A DNA stretch of 30,516 nucleotides from Longimicrobiales bacterium (GCA_965197725.1 CBDANQ010000027.1:1-30516), one strand, 5' to 3'. Shown: positions 1 to 10,416, counted from the first letter of the stretch. The notes: generated from the letters alone by a model not told the origin. Program-made: numbers and translations.

Positions 1-167
1 GGGCTGTCATTAATGGAGTTGGGACGGTGTGTGGTGTGGGCTGATCATCCCCCCATGGGCTGTGGAAGGGGTATGTGAGACGGGATCCTGCGAGGAGCAG
101 GCACGGTGCTCCCTGCCCCCGTGCTCAGGCGTGGGAGAAGAGCCTTGGGGAGGTGGTGCGCCTGGAT

Positions 168-903
168 TCAGGCCAACAGATGGCGGGCCAGCGTGAGCAG
201 GGTGGCCGTCAGCACCGAGGCCTGCACGTAGCCTGCGAACGACTCGGCTCCCCGCCAGGTACAGCGGTCGAGCCCGAACACCCGCTTGAGTAACGCGATC
301 AGCCCCTCGATCGCCGCGTGGAAGTCACGGAGTCGCTTGTAGACCCAGGTGCTCCCCGCATCTCGCTGACCTTGAGCCCACGTTTCTTCTGGAAGCAGAC
401 GTTCTCGACTCCCAACTCCTTCGCGTCTCTCAGGTTCTGCTTCGATGCGAAGCCACCGTCCATCGCCGCCTGCACGGGCGGACGACCGTAGAGCGCATTC
501 TGACGCTTGAGCATCGGCAGCGCCATCGTCGCGTCGGCCGGACTGCCCGCCTCGACCGCGCAGTCCAGGACCAGCACCGAAGCCCCCGCCGTCACGAAGA
601 CTTTGTGCCCGTAGTAGGTGTCGCGCCGGTCCTTCACGATGATGTCGGTATGCGGCTCGAAACAGGGAGACGATCTTCTCGTTCGCCGGAACCGACTCGG
701 CGCGAAGCACGCGGCGCTGGGTCCCCGCCCATCCCCCCCCGCCCCCGTTTCCGGACGCTTCAGCCCCCGCACCACGTCTTCTTGCTCCACGAGTTCGGAC
801 ATGCCAGGATGCAGGGTCAGGATCTGGATGATCTTCGCCGGCTCATCAGCGTGTCTGTGCTCAATCCAGGGCCGGTTCAGTGACAACTGCTCAAGGCGGT
901 CCT
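168..903 (-). pseudogene. Degenerate DDE transposase (ISNCY/IS5-like), frameshifted and internally deleted
   Basis: Transposase-like segments alternate between ORFs 299..973 and 168..710: EQLSLNRPWIEHRHADE...ETGAGG, VPANEKIVSLF/EPHTDIIVKDRRDTYYGHKV, AAMDGGFASKQN, and AAIEGLIALLKRVFGLDRCTWRG. Frame switches occur near 735, 661 and 355. No start codon remains. Confidence 0.8.
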
Positions 904-905
904 CG

Positions 906-1340
906 ATGAAGCACGTCTCCCATCTCCTGAACGCCAAGGGTCGGGACGTCTGGTCCTTGTCCCCCGATGCCACGGTCTACGAGGCCATCGATCAGATGGC
1001 GCAGAAGGGGGTCGGAGCGCTGCTGGTCATGGAGGGCGAGCAGCTCGTCGGCATCGTCTCCGAGCGCGACTACGCTCGCAAGGTGATTCTCAAGGGCAAG
1101 GCGTCCGAGGAGACCCAGGTCCGCGAGATCATGTCCTATCCGGTCATCTGCGCTCATCCCGAGCTCACGGTCGAACAGACGATGGCCCTCATGACCGACA
1201 ATTCCGTCCGACACCTGCCGGTAGTGGTCGCGGAGAGGGTCGTGGGCGTCATCTCGATCGGCGACGTGGTGCGGGGCATCATCGAAGACAAGCAATTCTA
1301 CATCCAACAGATGACGAACTACGTCACCGGCAGCCGCTGA
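906..1340 (+). CDS. CBS domain-containing protein (tandem CBS pair), 144 aa
   Basis: MKHVSHLLNAKG...GALLVMEGEQLVGIVSERDYARKV...VRHLPVV...VGVISIGDVV. The ATG at 906 is in frame with ORF 618..1340. Confidence 0.9.
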   Translation: MKHVSHLLNAKGRDVWSLSPDATVYEAIDQMAQKGVGALLVMEGEQLVGIVSERDYARKVILKGKASEETQVREIMSYPVICAHPELTVEQTMALMTDNSVRHLPVVVAERVVGVISIGDVVRGIIEDKQFYIQQMTNYVTGSR

Positions 1341-1397
1341 GCGACGCGGCTCCCCAAGCCTTGTATGACGACGAATAGGTAGTTTCGTTGGGTACAC

Positions 1398-1430
1398 AGG
1401 GTCGGTAGCCCGTCCCGCCTAGGGTCCTAG
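1398..1430 (+). ncRNA. 5' fragment of predicted IS110 bridge RNA (5' half of the target-binding loop)
   Basis: AGGGTCGGTAGCCC-GTCCCGCCT-AGGGTC-CTAG lies inside the IS110 left end. The candidate left-target guide GTCCCGCCT (1412-1420) ends in the CT core. The segment is cut off by the IS starting at 1431. Confidence 0.5.
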
Positions 1431-2852
1431 CAGTCCGTGGAAGAAATAGGTTCCCAGCGGATGATGGGTGGGAGAGAAGGCAGACACGCGGGCGGGGGCT
1501 GTGTTGTTGTGCAAGAAGCGGGTTTTGGGGTCTGACGAGGCGATATTCGGCCCAAGGAAGGCGAAATAGCGCCGAATACGGCGGAAAAAGCGCGAGACGC
1601 GGGTTGTAACCTGAGTTGCGAGCGCAGCTTGTACGGTAGCGAGGCCCTGTAACGCACGGGGGGTTCCAACCCCGAACCGCTTGCGCATGAGAAGGCCGAG
1701 GTTGAAGGCCGCCGCGTGGATCAACATCCGTTTTCGAATCTCCTCCTGGCCCCGTATGTGGACGCGACGCAGCCCTCCGGTCACAAGCAAGTGCGCAAAC
1801 CCCCGCTCCACCTTCTCGCCGCGCTGGCGCAGCAGCCGCATCCCCCGGTTGCCGCGGATCCGGCGGCGGTTGTCGTAGGTCGGCTTCTGCGCGTCCCGGT
1901 TGTTCTTCCATTTCCGGCGCCCGCGGTTGGGCTCGCTCACATAGCTGCGCAGCTCCCGCTCCTTCACGCCCGTCATGGTCTTGTTCGAGTGGTAGCCTTT
2001 GTCGGCCACCACTTCCTCGGGCTCTACCTGCACTACTTCCAGCTGCCGCTCTGCCTCGTCCAGCGTGTTGGGCAGCGACGCCACATCTCCCCCGTCCATC
2101 GTCTGCACCGTCACCGCCACAAGCGCACCGGTCTCCATGTCGACCGCCTGCTCCAACTTGTGCGCCAGGCGCGTCCTGCCGTCCTTCATCTTCGTGATCC
2201 GCGCCTCCGGGTCGTGCGGATGCACCCAGTCCTTGTTCGAGCCCTTCTTCGGACGCTTCCGGTCCAGCGTCGTCAGATCCTTGCGCGTCGGCGTCTCGAT
2301 CCCCGACGCCCGGGCCACCTGCTGCAGCCATTCATCGTAGCCCAACCCGTCGTCGCGCCGCACGATCGTGCGCATCGCCGCATTCGCCTCCAGCGTCGTC
2401 GAGTCGACGCCCAGCGTCTTGCCGCTCAGCAACCCCGACCCCTTCAGCAGCTCCAGCACCCGCCCGAACACCGCCGCGTGCGCTTCCACGCTCAGGCGCT
2501 TGCGCGTCTTCGACAGGGTCGAATGCTCCGGCGGGTTCTTCGCCCACCCGTATCCCAGAAACTCACGCAACGACAACGAGTCCCCACACCGCCAGGCAAT
2601 GCCCCGCTCCGAGCCGATCCCTTCGAGGTAGCCCACCATCATCATTCGGAAATACACCCCGGGAGCAATCCCCGGCCGACCCCGATTGTCCGCGTAGAAC
2701 TCACGGCATGCCTCTTCCGCGAACTCGTCAAACCCGCTTTTCGCCAGAAGCTCGTTCAAGGCCCAGTAGAACGGGTTGTCCAAGGCCCGAATCTCGCTCG
2801 CCACCACGAACATCTCGCCCTGCCGAGCCTCGGGCCGCTTGCCTACCGCCAT
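1419..2852 (-). CDS. DDE transposase, IS1182/IS5-like (DUF772-type N-terminus plus DDE domain)
   Basis: GRPGIAPGVYFRMMMVGYLEGIGSERGIAWRCGDSLSLREFLG, GVDSTTLEANA, HDPEARITKMKDG, VVADKGY, RQRGEKVERGFAH. Likely ATG at 2852 (MAVGKR). Confidence 0.9.
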   Translation of the reverse strand: MAVGKRPEARQGEMFVVASEIRALDNPFYWALNELLAKSGFDEFAEEACREFYADNRGRPGIAPGVYFRMMMVGYLEGIGSERGIAWRCGDSLSLREFLGYGWAKNPPEHSTLSKTRKRLSVEAHAAVFGRVLELLKGSGLLSGKTLGVDSTTLEANAAMRTIVRRDDGLGYDEWLQQVARASGIETPTRKDLTTLDRKRPKKGSNKDWVHPHDPEARITKMKDGRTRLAHKLEQAVDMETGALVAVTVQTMDGGDVASLPNTLDEAERQLEVVQVEPEEVVADKGYHSNKTMTGVKERELRSYVSEPNRGRRKWKNNRDAQKPTYDNRRRIRGNRGMRLLRQRGEKVERGFAHLLVTGGLRRVHIRGQEEIRKRMLIHAAAFNLGLLMRKRFGVGTPRALQGLATVQAALATQVTTRVSRFFRRIRRYFAFLGPNIASSDPKTRFLHNNTAPARVSAFSPTHHPLGTYFFHGLLGP

Positions 2853-2929
2853 CGCCGTCCTCGCTGCAAAAACCCTCGTGTCCTCCTGATTTAACACAAC
2901 AGCGATGACCGGACTTTATCCACGGTCTT
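1431..2929 (-). mobile_element. IS1182/IS5-like insertion sequence, 1499 bp
   Basis: Imperfect terminal inverted repeats: CAGTCCGTGGAAGAA (from 1431) versus the reverse complement AAGACCGTGGATAAA (from 2929), 11/15 identical. Flanked by CTAG at 1427-1430 and 2930-2933. Confidence 0.85.
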
Positions 2930-2933
2930 CTAG

Positions 2934-3990
<1,057 letters not shown>

Positions 3991-4192
3991 CAAGACTGGG
4001 CGCTTCACTCGCGTAGCCGAGGCAGCTCTTGTCCGATCGCACTCGTGCGGTCGTGGGACACGCCCATCTCGTCGGCCAACCTAGGACCAGTCGGCCACTG
4101 CCGCCGTGACCTCCGTGATCACCTTCCCCTCTGGGGCCGTGGCGCCGTAACGCGGCGTGCCCTACTTGTGCAGAGGCTCCCTGGAGGGTTCG

Positions 4193-5992
4193 ATGGGCGA
4201 ACTGCGAGCGATTCTTCCGTACTTCCGACCGTACATGCGGGCGCTGTACTGGGGCGTGGTGTTCGTCTTCTTCGCTAACCTGTTCCAGATGGCGGGCCCG
4301 TACCTCATCAAGCTCGCGCTCGACGGGATGGAGGACTCCGACCCCGACGTTGCCTCCGCGCGGATCGCGACGTATGCGGGCCTGATCGTGATGACGGCAT
4401 TCGTCGGTGGGGTGGCGCGATACGGAATGCGTGAGCTGCTCAACGGGATGAGCCGCCGTATCGAGTGCGATCTGCGCGACGACTTCTTTCGCCACCTTCT
4501 CCGGCTCGACGCGACGTTCTACGGCGCCACGCGAACGGGTGATCTGATGAGCCGTGCGACCAACGATACCCTCGCGGTACGGATGGCCGTGGGGCCGGCG
4601 ATCATGTACACGGCCAACACGATCGTAGGGTTCGTCTTCTCGCTCTCGCTCATGATCTGGATCAGCCCACGGCTCACGCTCTACGCCATGGTGCCGATGA
4701 TCGTGTTGCCGCCAGTCGTGTTGGGCTTCGGGCACATCATCCACCGCCGTTTCGAGGACATCCAGGAGCAGTTCTCCTCGCTCTCGACCTTCGTCCAGGA
4801 GAACCTGACCGGCGTACGGATCGTTCGCGCGTACACGCAGGAAGCCGAGCAAGCACGCCAGTTCGATGCCTTCAACGAGGCATACCGGCGGAAGAACATG
4901 AGCCTGGTGCTGTCAGCGGGGGCCTTCCATCCGGGTCTGATGCTGATCTCCGGCGTCGCCATGGTGCTCGTAACGTGGTTGGGGGCGCTCGAGGTGATCG
5001 CAGGACGGATGACGATCGGAGACTTCGTCGCCTTCGGCTTCTACCTGATGATGCTCATCTGGCCCATGATAGCGCTCGGCTGGGTCGTGAACCTGTATCA
5101 ACGCGGCGCGGCGTCGATGGGGCGCCTGAACAAGATCCTGGCCGTGAAGCCTGCGGTCGAGGTGCCCCTGGAGCCGGCTTCCCTCGCACACGCGCTCGGT
5201 AGGATCGAATTCCGGAATGTCTCGTTCGCGTACCCGGACACCAATCGGGACGTGCTCGACGCCATCAACTTCGTTGTCGAGCCCGGAGCGACCGTCGCCA
5301 TCGTCGGGCCGACCGGCTCGGGCAAGAGCACGCTCGTGGGGCTGCTCGCCCGCCGATACGATCCGACCGGCGGCGAAATCCTCTTGGACGGAGTGAAGCT
5401 CACCGACGTCGATCCCGCGGACCTGCGCCTGCGCATCGGCATGGTGCCGCAGGACTCCTTCCTGTTCTCGGCGACCATCGCGGACAACATCGGTCTAGGG
5501 CTCGATTCAGAGGAGCCGCTCGTCACGGAGTCCGGCGAGCCGTCCGACGTCATATCGGCAGCGGCGGGCATCGCTCAGCTTGCCGAGCAGATCGAGGACT
5601 TTCCGGATGGCTACCGCACGCGGTTGGGAGAGAGAGGCATCAACCTGTCCGGAGGCCAGAAGCAGCGCGCGACTCTAGCTCGCGCCCTCGCGCGCGACCC
5701 GCTGATCCTCGTCCTGGACGACGCGCTCTCCGCGGTCGATACGCACACGGAGGCGAAGATCTTGGAGGACCTTCGCTCCGTGATGAAGCGACGGACGTCG
5801 TTCATCATCAGCCATCGCGTATCGGCAATCATGCACGCGGACGAGATCCTCGTGCTCGAGGGTGGAGAGTTGGTGGAACGGGGGACGCACGCTGATTTGA
5901 TCAGCGGCCACGGGACGTACGCGCGATTGCTTCGGCGCCAGATGCTCGAGGAAGATCTGGAGTCCCGACTGGCGACCGCCTCCGGAGACTGA
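4193..5992 (+). CDS. ABC exporter, fused permease plus ATP-binding domain (MdlA/MsbA-like)
   Basis: Multi-TM N-terminal domain, Walker A GPTGSGKS, signature LSGGQKQR, Walker B ILVLDDALSAVD. RBS GGAGG before the ATG at 4193. Confidence 0.93.
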   Translation: MGELRAILPYFRPYMRALYWGVVFVFFANLFQMAGPYLIKLALDGMEDSDPDVASARIATYAGLIVMTAFVGGVARYGMRELLNGMSRRIECDLRDDFFRHLLRLDATFYGATRTGDLMSRATNDTLAVRMAVGPAIMYTANTIVGFVFSLSLMIWISPRLTLYAMVPMIVLPPVVLGFGHIIHRRFEDIQEQFSSLSTFVQENLTGVRIVRAYTQEAEQARQFDAFNEAYRRKNMSLVLSAGAFHPGLMLISGVAMVLVTWLGALEVIAGRMTIGDFVAFGFYLMMLIWPMIALGWVVNLYQRGAASMGRLNKILAVKPAVEVPLEPASLAHALGRIEFRNVSFAYPDTNRDVLDAINFVVEPGATVAIVGPTGSGKSTLVGLLARRYDPTGGEILLDGVKLTDVDPADLRLRIGMVPQDSFLFSATIADNIGLGLDSEEPLVTESGEPSDVISAAAGIAQLAEQIEDFPDGYRTRLGERGINLSGGQKQRATLARALARDPLILVLDDALSAVDTHTEAKILEDLRSVMKRRTSFIISHRVSAIMHADEILVLEGGELVERGTHADLISGHGTYARLLRRQMLEEDLESRLATASGD

Positions 5993-6030
5993 CCCCGGCC
6001 AGCTAGCGTCCCGTCCGGATGCATCCGCTT

Positions 6031-6762
6031 CTAGATTCGGTTATAGATGAAGTCCGGAGTGAAGCGCGCCAACATCGCGGTCAACGCGGTGAGCTGGCCA
6101 GTCATGAGCAGGACGCCGAGCGCAATGAGCATGCCGCCGGACGCCTTCTCGATCACGGGGATCCAGCCGCGGAAGCGCTTGAACGCCTGCAGAAACGCGT
6201 CCAGCGCGAGCGCCGCCACGAGAAACGGGATCGCGAGGCCGGCGGAATAGGCCGTGAGCAACCCGACGCCCGCCCACATCGTGTCCTGCGAGAAGCCGTA
6301 TGTGAGGATCGCGCCCAGAATCGGGCCGATGCACGGCGTCCAACCCGCGCCGAACGCCATGCCCACACCCAGCGTGCCGAGGTAGCCGGCCGGCTTGTCG
6401 TTGACGTGGATGCGCATCTCGCGCATGAGCGGCGTGAGCTTGAACACGCCCGACAGGTGAAGACCGAGCACGACGATGATCAGCCCACCGATACGCACGA
6501 TCCACAGCTCGTACTGCTTGAAGAACTGCCCGAGGAACGAGGCGGACGCGCCTAGCGTGATGAAGATCGCGCTGAAGCCGAAGACGAAAAGCAGCGAGTG
6601 GATGAAGGTAGCCTTCCGGTTCACTCCCTCCTGCAGGTCCTCGAGGCTCATGCCGGTCACGAGCGTGAGATAACTCGGCACGAGCGGCCACACGCACGGG
6701 GACAAGAATGAGAAGAGTCCCGCTGTAAAGGCGATGAAGATTCCGATGTCGACTTCGTTCAC
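6031..6762 (-). CDS. ccdA: Cytochrome c biogenesis protein CcdA (DsbD transmembrane family)
   Basis: FLSPCVWPLVP and GWTPCIGPILG cysteine motifs; hydrophobic throughout. Confidence 0.9.
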   Translation of the reverse strand: MNEVDIGIFIAFTAGLFSFLSPCVWPLVPSYLTLVTGMSLEDLQEGVNRKATFIHSLLFVFGFSAIFITLGASASFLGQFFKQYELWIVRIGGLIIVVLGLHLSGVFKLTPLMREMRIHVNDKPAGYLGTLGVGMAFGAGWTPCIGPILGAILTYGFSQDTMWAGVGLLTAYSAGLAIPFLVAALALDAFLQAFKRFRGWIPVIEKASGGMLIALGVLLMTGQLTALTAMLARFTPDFIYNRI

Positions 6763-8291
6763 GATTTCTCAATTTTCTGTTCGATTTTCAGGTCGAACGC
6801 TGCCGCACGCTCCTCCGCCCGCGCGCGTCGGGCCTGAAGATACGCGCGAACTCCTGTCGTCACCGCAAGCCACGCGGCCACGGCCCATACGATCCACCCC
6901 ACCGCCGTCGGGAATAACCAAGCGAACGTCGCGACCGCAGTGATCATCACCGATACCGTCCCGAGCACCGTGCGGTCTTCGCGGCCCAAAGGCCGGTCAC
7001 CCGCAAGCGCCTCACCCAACGCAGCGCTCGCCCGTACGAGTGGGGCGAGAGTGATCTGCCCCGGCGCGTAGCCCAGCGTACGGAGCTGCTGCTCCAACCG
7101 CTCCGGTAGCGTGCCCTCCGGATCGAGTGATGCTGTCCGCGTCGCCGACTGTGAAGACACGCGGTCGGGCACGACTGCTGCCCGGCCAGGAAGCACGATC
7201 TCGGCCGACGAAGCCAGATCGGCGACGAACAATCCCTCGAGCTGCATCGCCAGGTCCGTATCCAGAACGCCGACATCGAGCTCCCAGTTCCCCATCAGGC
7301 TCGCCGAGTTGAGGTTGCTCGACCCGACGCGGCACCAGAGACCATCGACGACCGAGGTCTTCGCGTGCATCATCGGCCCCTGCCACTCGAAGATCCGCAC
7401 GCCCGACTCCAGCAAGAAGCGATACCCGCCGCGGGACAAGCTGCCCACTAGCGGCCAGTTGTTGTGGGCGGGTACGAGGATGCGCACGTCGACGCCCTGC
7501 TGGGCCGCGGCGCCGAGCGCCTCCGAGATCGATCGCGGTGCGACGAAGTACGCATCGGTGATCCAGATGCGCTGCCTCGCTCGCGCGGCGGCCAGGTGGA
7601 GCGTTCGGTAGACACGCGTCTTACCCGGCTCCCCTTCGATCAACCAGATGGGCGTCTCGCCCGTATCAGGCGGGTGCGGAAGCGTCTGCTCCCGGCCGAT
7701 CGGCTCACCGATTTTGCCCCACAGCGACTCGAACGCGGCGGCCGCCGCACGCACCGCCGAACCACGTATCTCGACGCCCGTGTCCCGCCAGGGTGCCTCG
7801 CTCGAACTGCCGGCCCACTCGTTGCCGACACAGAATCCACCCACGTATGCCACCTCGCCATCGACGACGATGAGCTTCCGGTGATCGCGCTGGAGAACGC
7901 CGAACGCATCTCCCACGCCTAGCGACGGCCGGTTGAACGCGCACACCCGAACACCTGCCTGGCGTAACGGTTTCCAGTACTTGCGCGGGGTCGCCCAGCA
8001 ACCGATCCAGTCGTGCAGCAAGAAAACCGGTACCCCCTCTCTGGCCTTCTTGACGAGCGCCTCGCGGAACGCCCTGCCAACGCGATCGTCTCGGACCAGG
8101 TAGTTCTCGAAGTAGACGAAGCGTTGCGCCGAATCGATCGCCTCGAGCCAGGCGTCGAACGTGTTCGAGCCCTCGAACTGGAGCCGGATGCGGTTCCCCC
8201 GCAGAGTGGGAGATCCAGTCGCGCGCTCGATTTCGGACCACGGGAAGCGCTCGGCGGGCCGCTGCGGAACGGCGGCGGAGGAGGGCTTCAC
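6759..8291 (-). CDS. Cardiolipin synthase / phospholipase D family protein
   Basis: Two HKD motifs (DHRKLIVVDG...VGG and MHAKTSVVDG...GSSN), WRDT motif, and a hydrophobic C-terminal extension. Confidence 0.88.
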   Translation of the reverse strand: MKPSSAAVPQRPAERFPWSEIERATGSPTLRGNRIRLQFEGSNTFDAWLEAIDSAQRFVYFENYLVRDDRVGRAFREALVKKAREGVPVFLLHDWIGCWATPRKYWKPLRQAGVRVCAFNRPSLGVGDAFGVLQRDHRKLIVVDGEVAYVGGFCVGNEWAGSSSEAPWRDTGVEIRGSAVRAAAAAFESLWGKIGEPIGREQTLPHPPDTGETPIWLIEGEPGKTRVYRTLHLAAARARQRIWITDAYFVAPRSISEALGAAAQQGVDVRILVPAHNNWPLVGSLSRGGYRFLLESGVRIFEWQGPMMHAKTSVVDGLWCRVGSSNLNSASLMGNWELDVGVLDTDLAMQLEGLFVADLASSAEIVLPGRAAVVPDRVSSQSATRTASLDPEGTLPERLEQQLRTLGYAPGQITLAPLVRASAALGEALAGDRPLGREDRTVLGTVSVMITAVATFAWLFPTAVGWIVWAVAAWLAVTTGVRAYLQARRARAEERAAAFDLKIEQKIEKS

Positions 8292-8441
8292 GGCCTAGGC
8301 TCGATCGATCACTCGGAACACAACGCCTCCATCGGATCGACCCTCGTGGCTCTCGGGTTTCGCACCATGATGATCCCCCATTCCCCCGCCGGCCGCTTCC
8401 GGATCTCGTCGATTCGGCACTTCCTCTGACCGCGGCGACCG

Positions 8442-8951
8442 TCAGACCGTCTCGATCGGGCAGGTCAAGCCTTCGCTCGGTAGCTCGACACCGGCTTCGC
8501 GGCACTCCTGGCAGAGACCGTAGATCTCGAGTCGATGCCGGACCGGAGCGAATCCGTGCTCGCGCCGCACGCGCTTCTCGACACCGTAGAGCTCGTTGCT
8601 CTCGAACTCATCGACACTTCCGCAGCTGAGGCAGATGAGGTGCTCGTGGATGGGGCGCACCGAGAGGCGGTGCTCATACCGCTTGAAGCCCTCGCCGAAG
8701 TCGTGCTCCTCGACGAGGCGGCTGCGGACCAGCAGGTCCAGAGTCCGATAGATGGTCGCCCTCCCGATCCGCTCACCCCGTGCACGAAGATCCTGCTCGA
8801 TGTCGTCTACCGAGAGGTGCTCGTCCGAGGCGAACACGACTTGGGCAACCGCTTCGCGCTGATGCGTGACCGGCAGCCCCTGTTCATGCAAGAAGCGCCC
8901 GAAGAGCCGGATGAACGGATGTGGGGTCAAAAGCGAACTCACGGATATCAC
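8442..8951 (-). CDS. Fur-family transcriptional regulator
   Basis: THQREAV, HLSVDDI, IGRATIYRTLDLL, HEHLICLSCG, GLCQEC. Confidence 0.93.
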   Translation of the reverse strand: MISVSSLLTPHPFIRLFGRFLHEQGLPVTHQREAVAQVVFASDEHLSVDDIEQDLRARGERIGRATIYRTLDLLVRSRLVEEHDFGEGFKRYEHRLSVRPIHEHLICLSCGSVDEFESNELYGVEKRVRREHGFAPVRHRLEIYGLCQECREAGVELPSEGLTCPIETV

Positions 8952-9379
8952 GCTTCAAAAAATTCCATGTCGACCTCCTCCAGCAGTTGCTCGAACTTCT
9001 CGGCGGAACCGTGGATCTCCACTTCGCGAGCCTCCCCGAGTCCCTCCCCGCTACGGCGCACGACTCCGGCCATTACGCTGGGAAAGCGCTCGGGCGGCGC
9101 CTCGCCTTCCTGAGTGAACGACGCCTCGAAGGTCACGCCCCCTCCGGTGTGCTCCGCCGTGTAGGCCGCGGTGATCATCACCCGTCGGTCTTCACCGACG
9201 AGGAAGGTACTCACGGCAACCAGGCCCTGTTCCCGCCGTCCCCGCCGAACCGGAGGGAAGATCCACAGCCGGTCGAGCGCGCCCACGCCGAGGTGGTCAC
9301 GCACCCGGGTCAGCAACCGGGGCAGCGCCTCCGGAACACCTGGGTCGGCCCATCGGTCCTCCGCTCGAGACTGCGTCAT
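8948..9379 (-). CDS. Hypothetical protein, 143 aa
   Basis: 4-nt start/stop overlaps with both neighbours; protein-like composition (DRLWIFPP). Confidence 0.75.
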   Translation of the reverse strand: MTQSRAEDRWADPGVPEALPRLLTRVRDHLGVGALDRLWIFPPVRRGRREQGLVAVSTFLVGEDRRVMITAAYTAEHTGGGVTFEASFTQEGEAPPERFPSVMAGVVRRSGEGLGEAREVEIHGSAEKFEQLLEEVDMEFFEA

Positions 9380-10416
9380 CGGTCCTCTTTTTCTCCCTTG
9401 GTCGCGTCACGTACAACGGCCTTGCGTGTGGCCCCCAGGACGCGCTCGATCGCGCGGTCCAGCGGACCGGGCACCATCGCCCCAGACGCCTTCTCGTGAC
9501 CGCCGCCGCCGAAGCGGCGAGCGAGTTTGTTCACGTCCACCGGCCCACTGGAGCGGAACGACACCTTGATATCGCCTTTGCTGGTCTTTCGGAAGAGCAG
9601 TCCAACTCGGGTTCCCTCAATCGAGCGCGGGACATCCACCATACCCTCGAGGTCGTCTGTGGTGGCATTGAGCTCGTCGAAGGCCTCGCTCGGCACGGTC
9701 ATCCACGAGATCCCATGCTCCGCATCGTATTCCAGCGTGCCCAGCGCGTGGCGCAGAAGCTGGTATCTCTTCAGGGGCGCAGCGCCATAGACGCGCTCGT
9801 ACACACTCTCGGGCTCAACCCCACGCTCGATCATGTCCGCCACGATGCGATGGCTCGCGGATGAAGAATTGGAGAACCGGAACGACCCGGTGTCAGTCAG
9901 GATCGCCACGTAAATGCCGAGCGCGATGTGATCTGTCCAGGGACCATCGGCGGCATGGATGAGATCGCACACCAACTCCCCGGTGGCACAAGCTTCCGGG
10001 TCGCGGAAAGAGATGCCCCCGATCGCGTGCTCACCGGGTGGGTGGTGGTCGACGACCACGGTCGGAAGATCACGGATGAGATCGCGTACCCGACCGATCC
10101 GTGGCACCTCACCGGTGTCCAACACAACCGCCAAGTCGGCCTGGTCGCACAGGTCACGCGCTTTGGACGAGCCCGCTGGAACGATCCATTCTTCACGCTC
10201 GATCAGGAAGCCGAACGTATCCGGAAACGGCGTCGGATTGATGATCCAGACCTCGGTCCCGTTGGCACGGAGCCACGACGCGACGGCCGCTTCCGAGCCT
10301 GCCCCGTCCCCATCAGCGTTGAGGTGGGTCGTGAGTACCGCCCGCCGCGAAGCCAACAGCGCGTCCCTGGTCTCGTTGACCATCGCCGCACGCGCCCGTG
10401 GCGTCCGGTAGCTCAA
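9376..10416 (-). CDS. nrnA: DHH/DHHA1 phosphoesterase (NrnA-like oligoribonuclease / pAp phosphatase)
   Basis: THLNADGDG, VLDT, VVDHH, TDTGSF, SFRS, GGGGHEKASG. Probable TTG start at 10416 after AGGAG. Confidence 0.88.
   Translation of the reverse strand: MSYRTPRARAAMVNETRDALLASRRAVLTTHLNADGDGAGSEAAVASWLRANGTEVWIINPTPFPDTFGFLIEREEWIVPAGSSKARDLCDQADLAVVLDTGEVPRIGRVRDLIRDLPTVVVDHHPPGEHAIGGISFRDPEACATGELVCDLIHAADGPWTDHIALGIYVAILTDTGSFRFSNSSSASHRIVADMIERGVEPESVYERVYGAAPLKRYQLLRHALGTLEYDAEHGISWMTVPSEAFDELNATTDDLEGMVDVPRSIEGTRVGLLFRKTSKGDIKVSFRSSGPVDVNKLARRFGGGGHEKASGAMVPGPLDRAIERVLGATRKAVVRDATKGEKEDR

Noticed and set aside
1..20. GGGCTGTCATTAA as a terminal repeat of the degenerate IS
   Set aside because: No partner repeat exists in the window and the flank is not visible, so it cannot be supported.
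618..905. N-terminal extension of the CBS ORF to 240 aa
   Set aside because: It is the antisense of the transposase relic; CBS similarity starts at the ATG at 906.
3991..4192. Possible gene remnant or ORF 4045..4278 upstream of the ABC exporter
   Set aside because: No recognisable motif or RBS, and the ORF overlaps the ABC gene.
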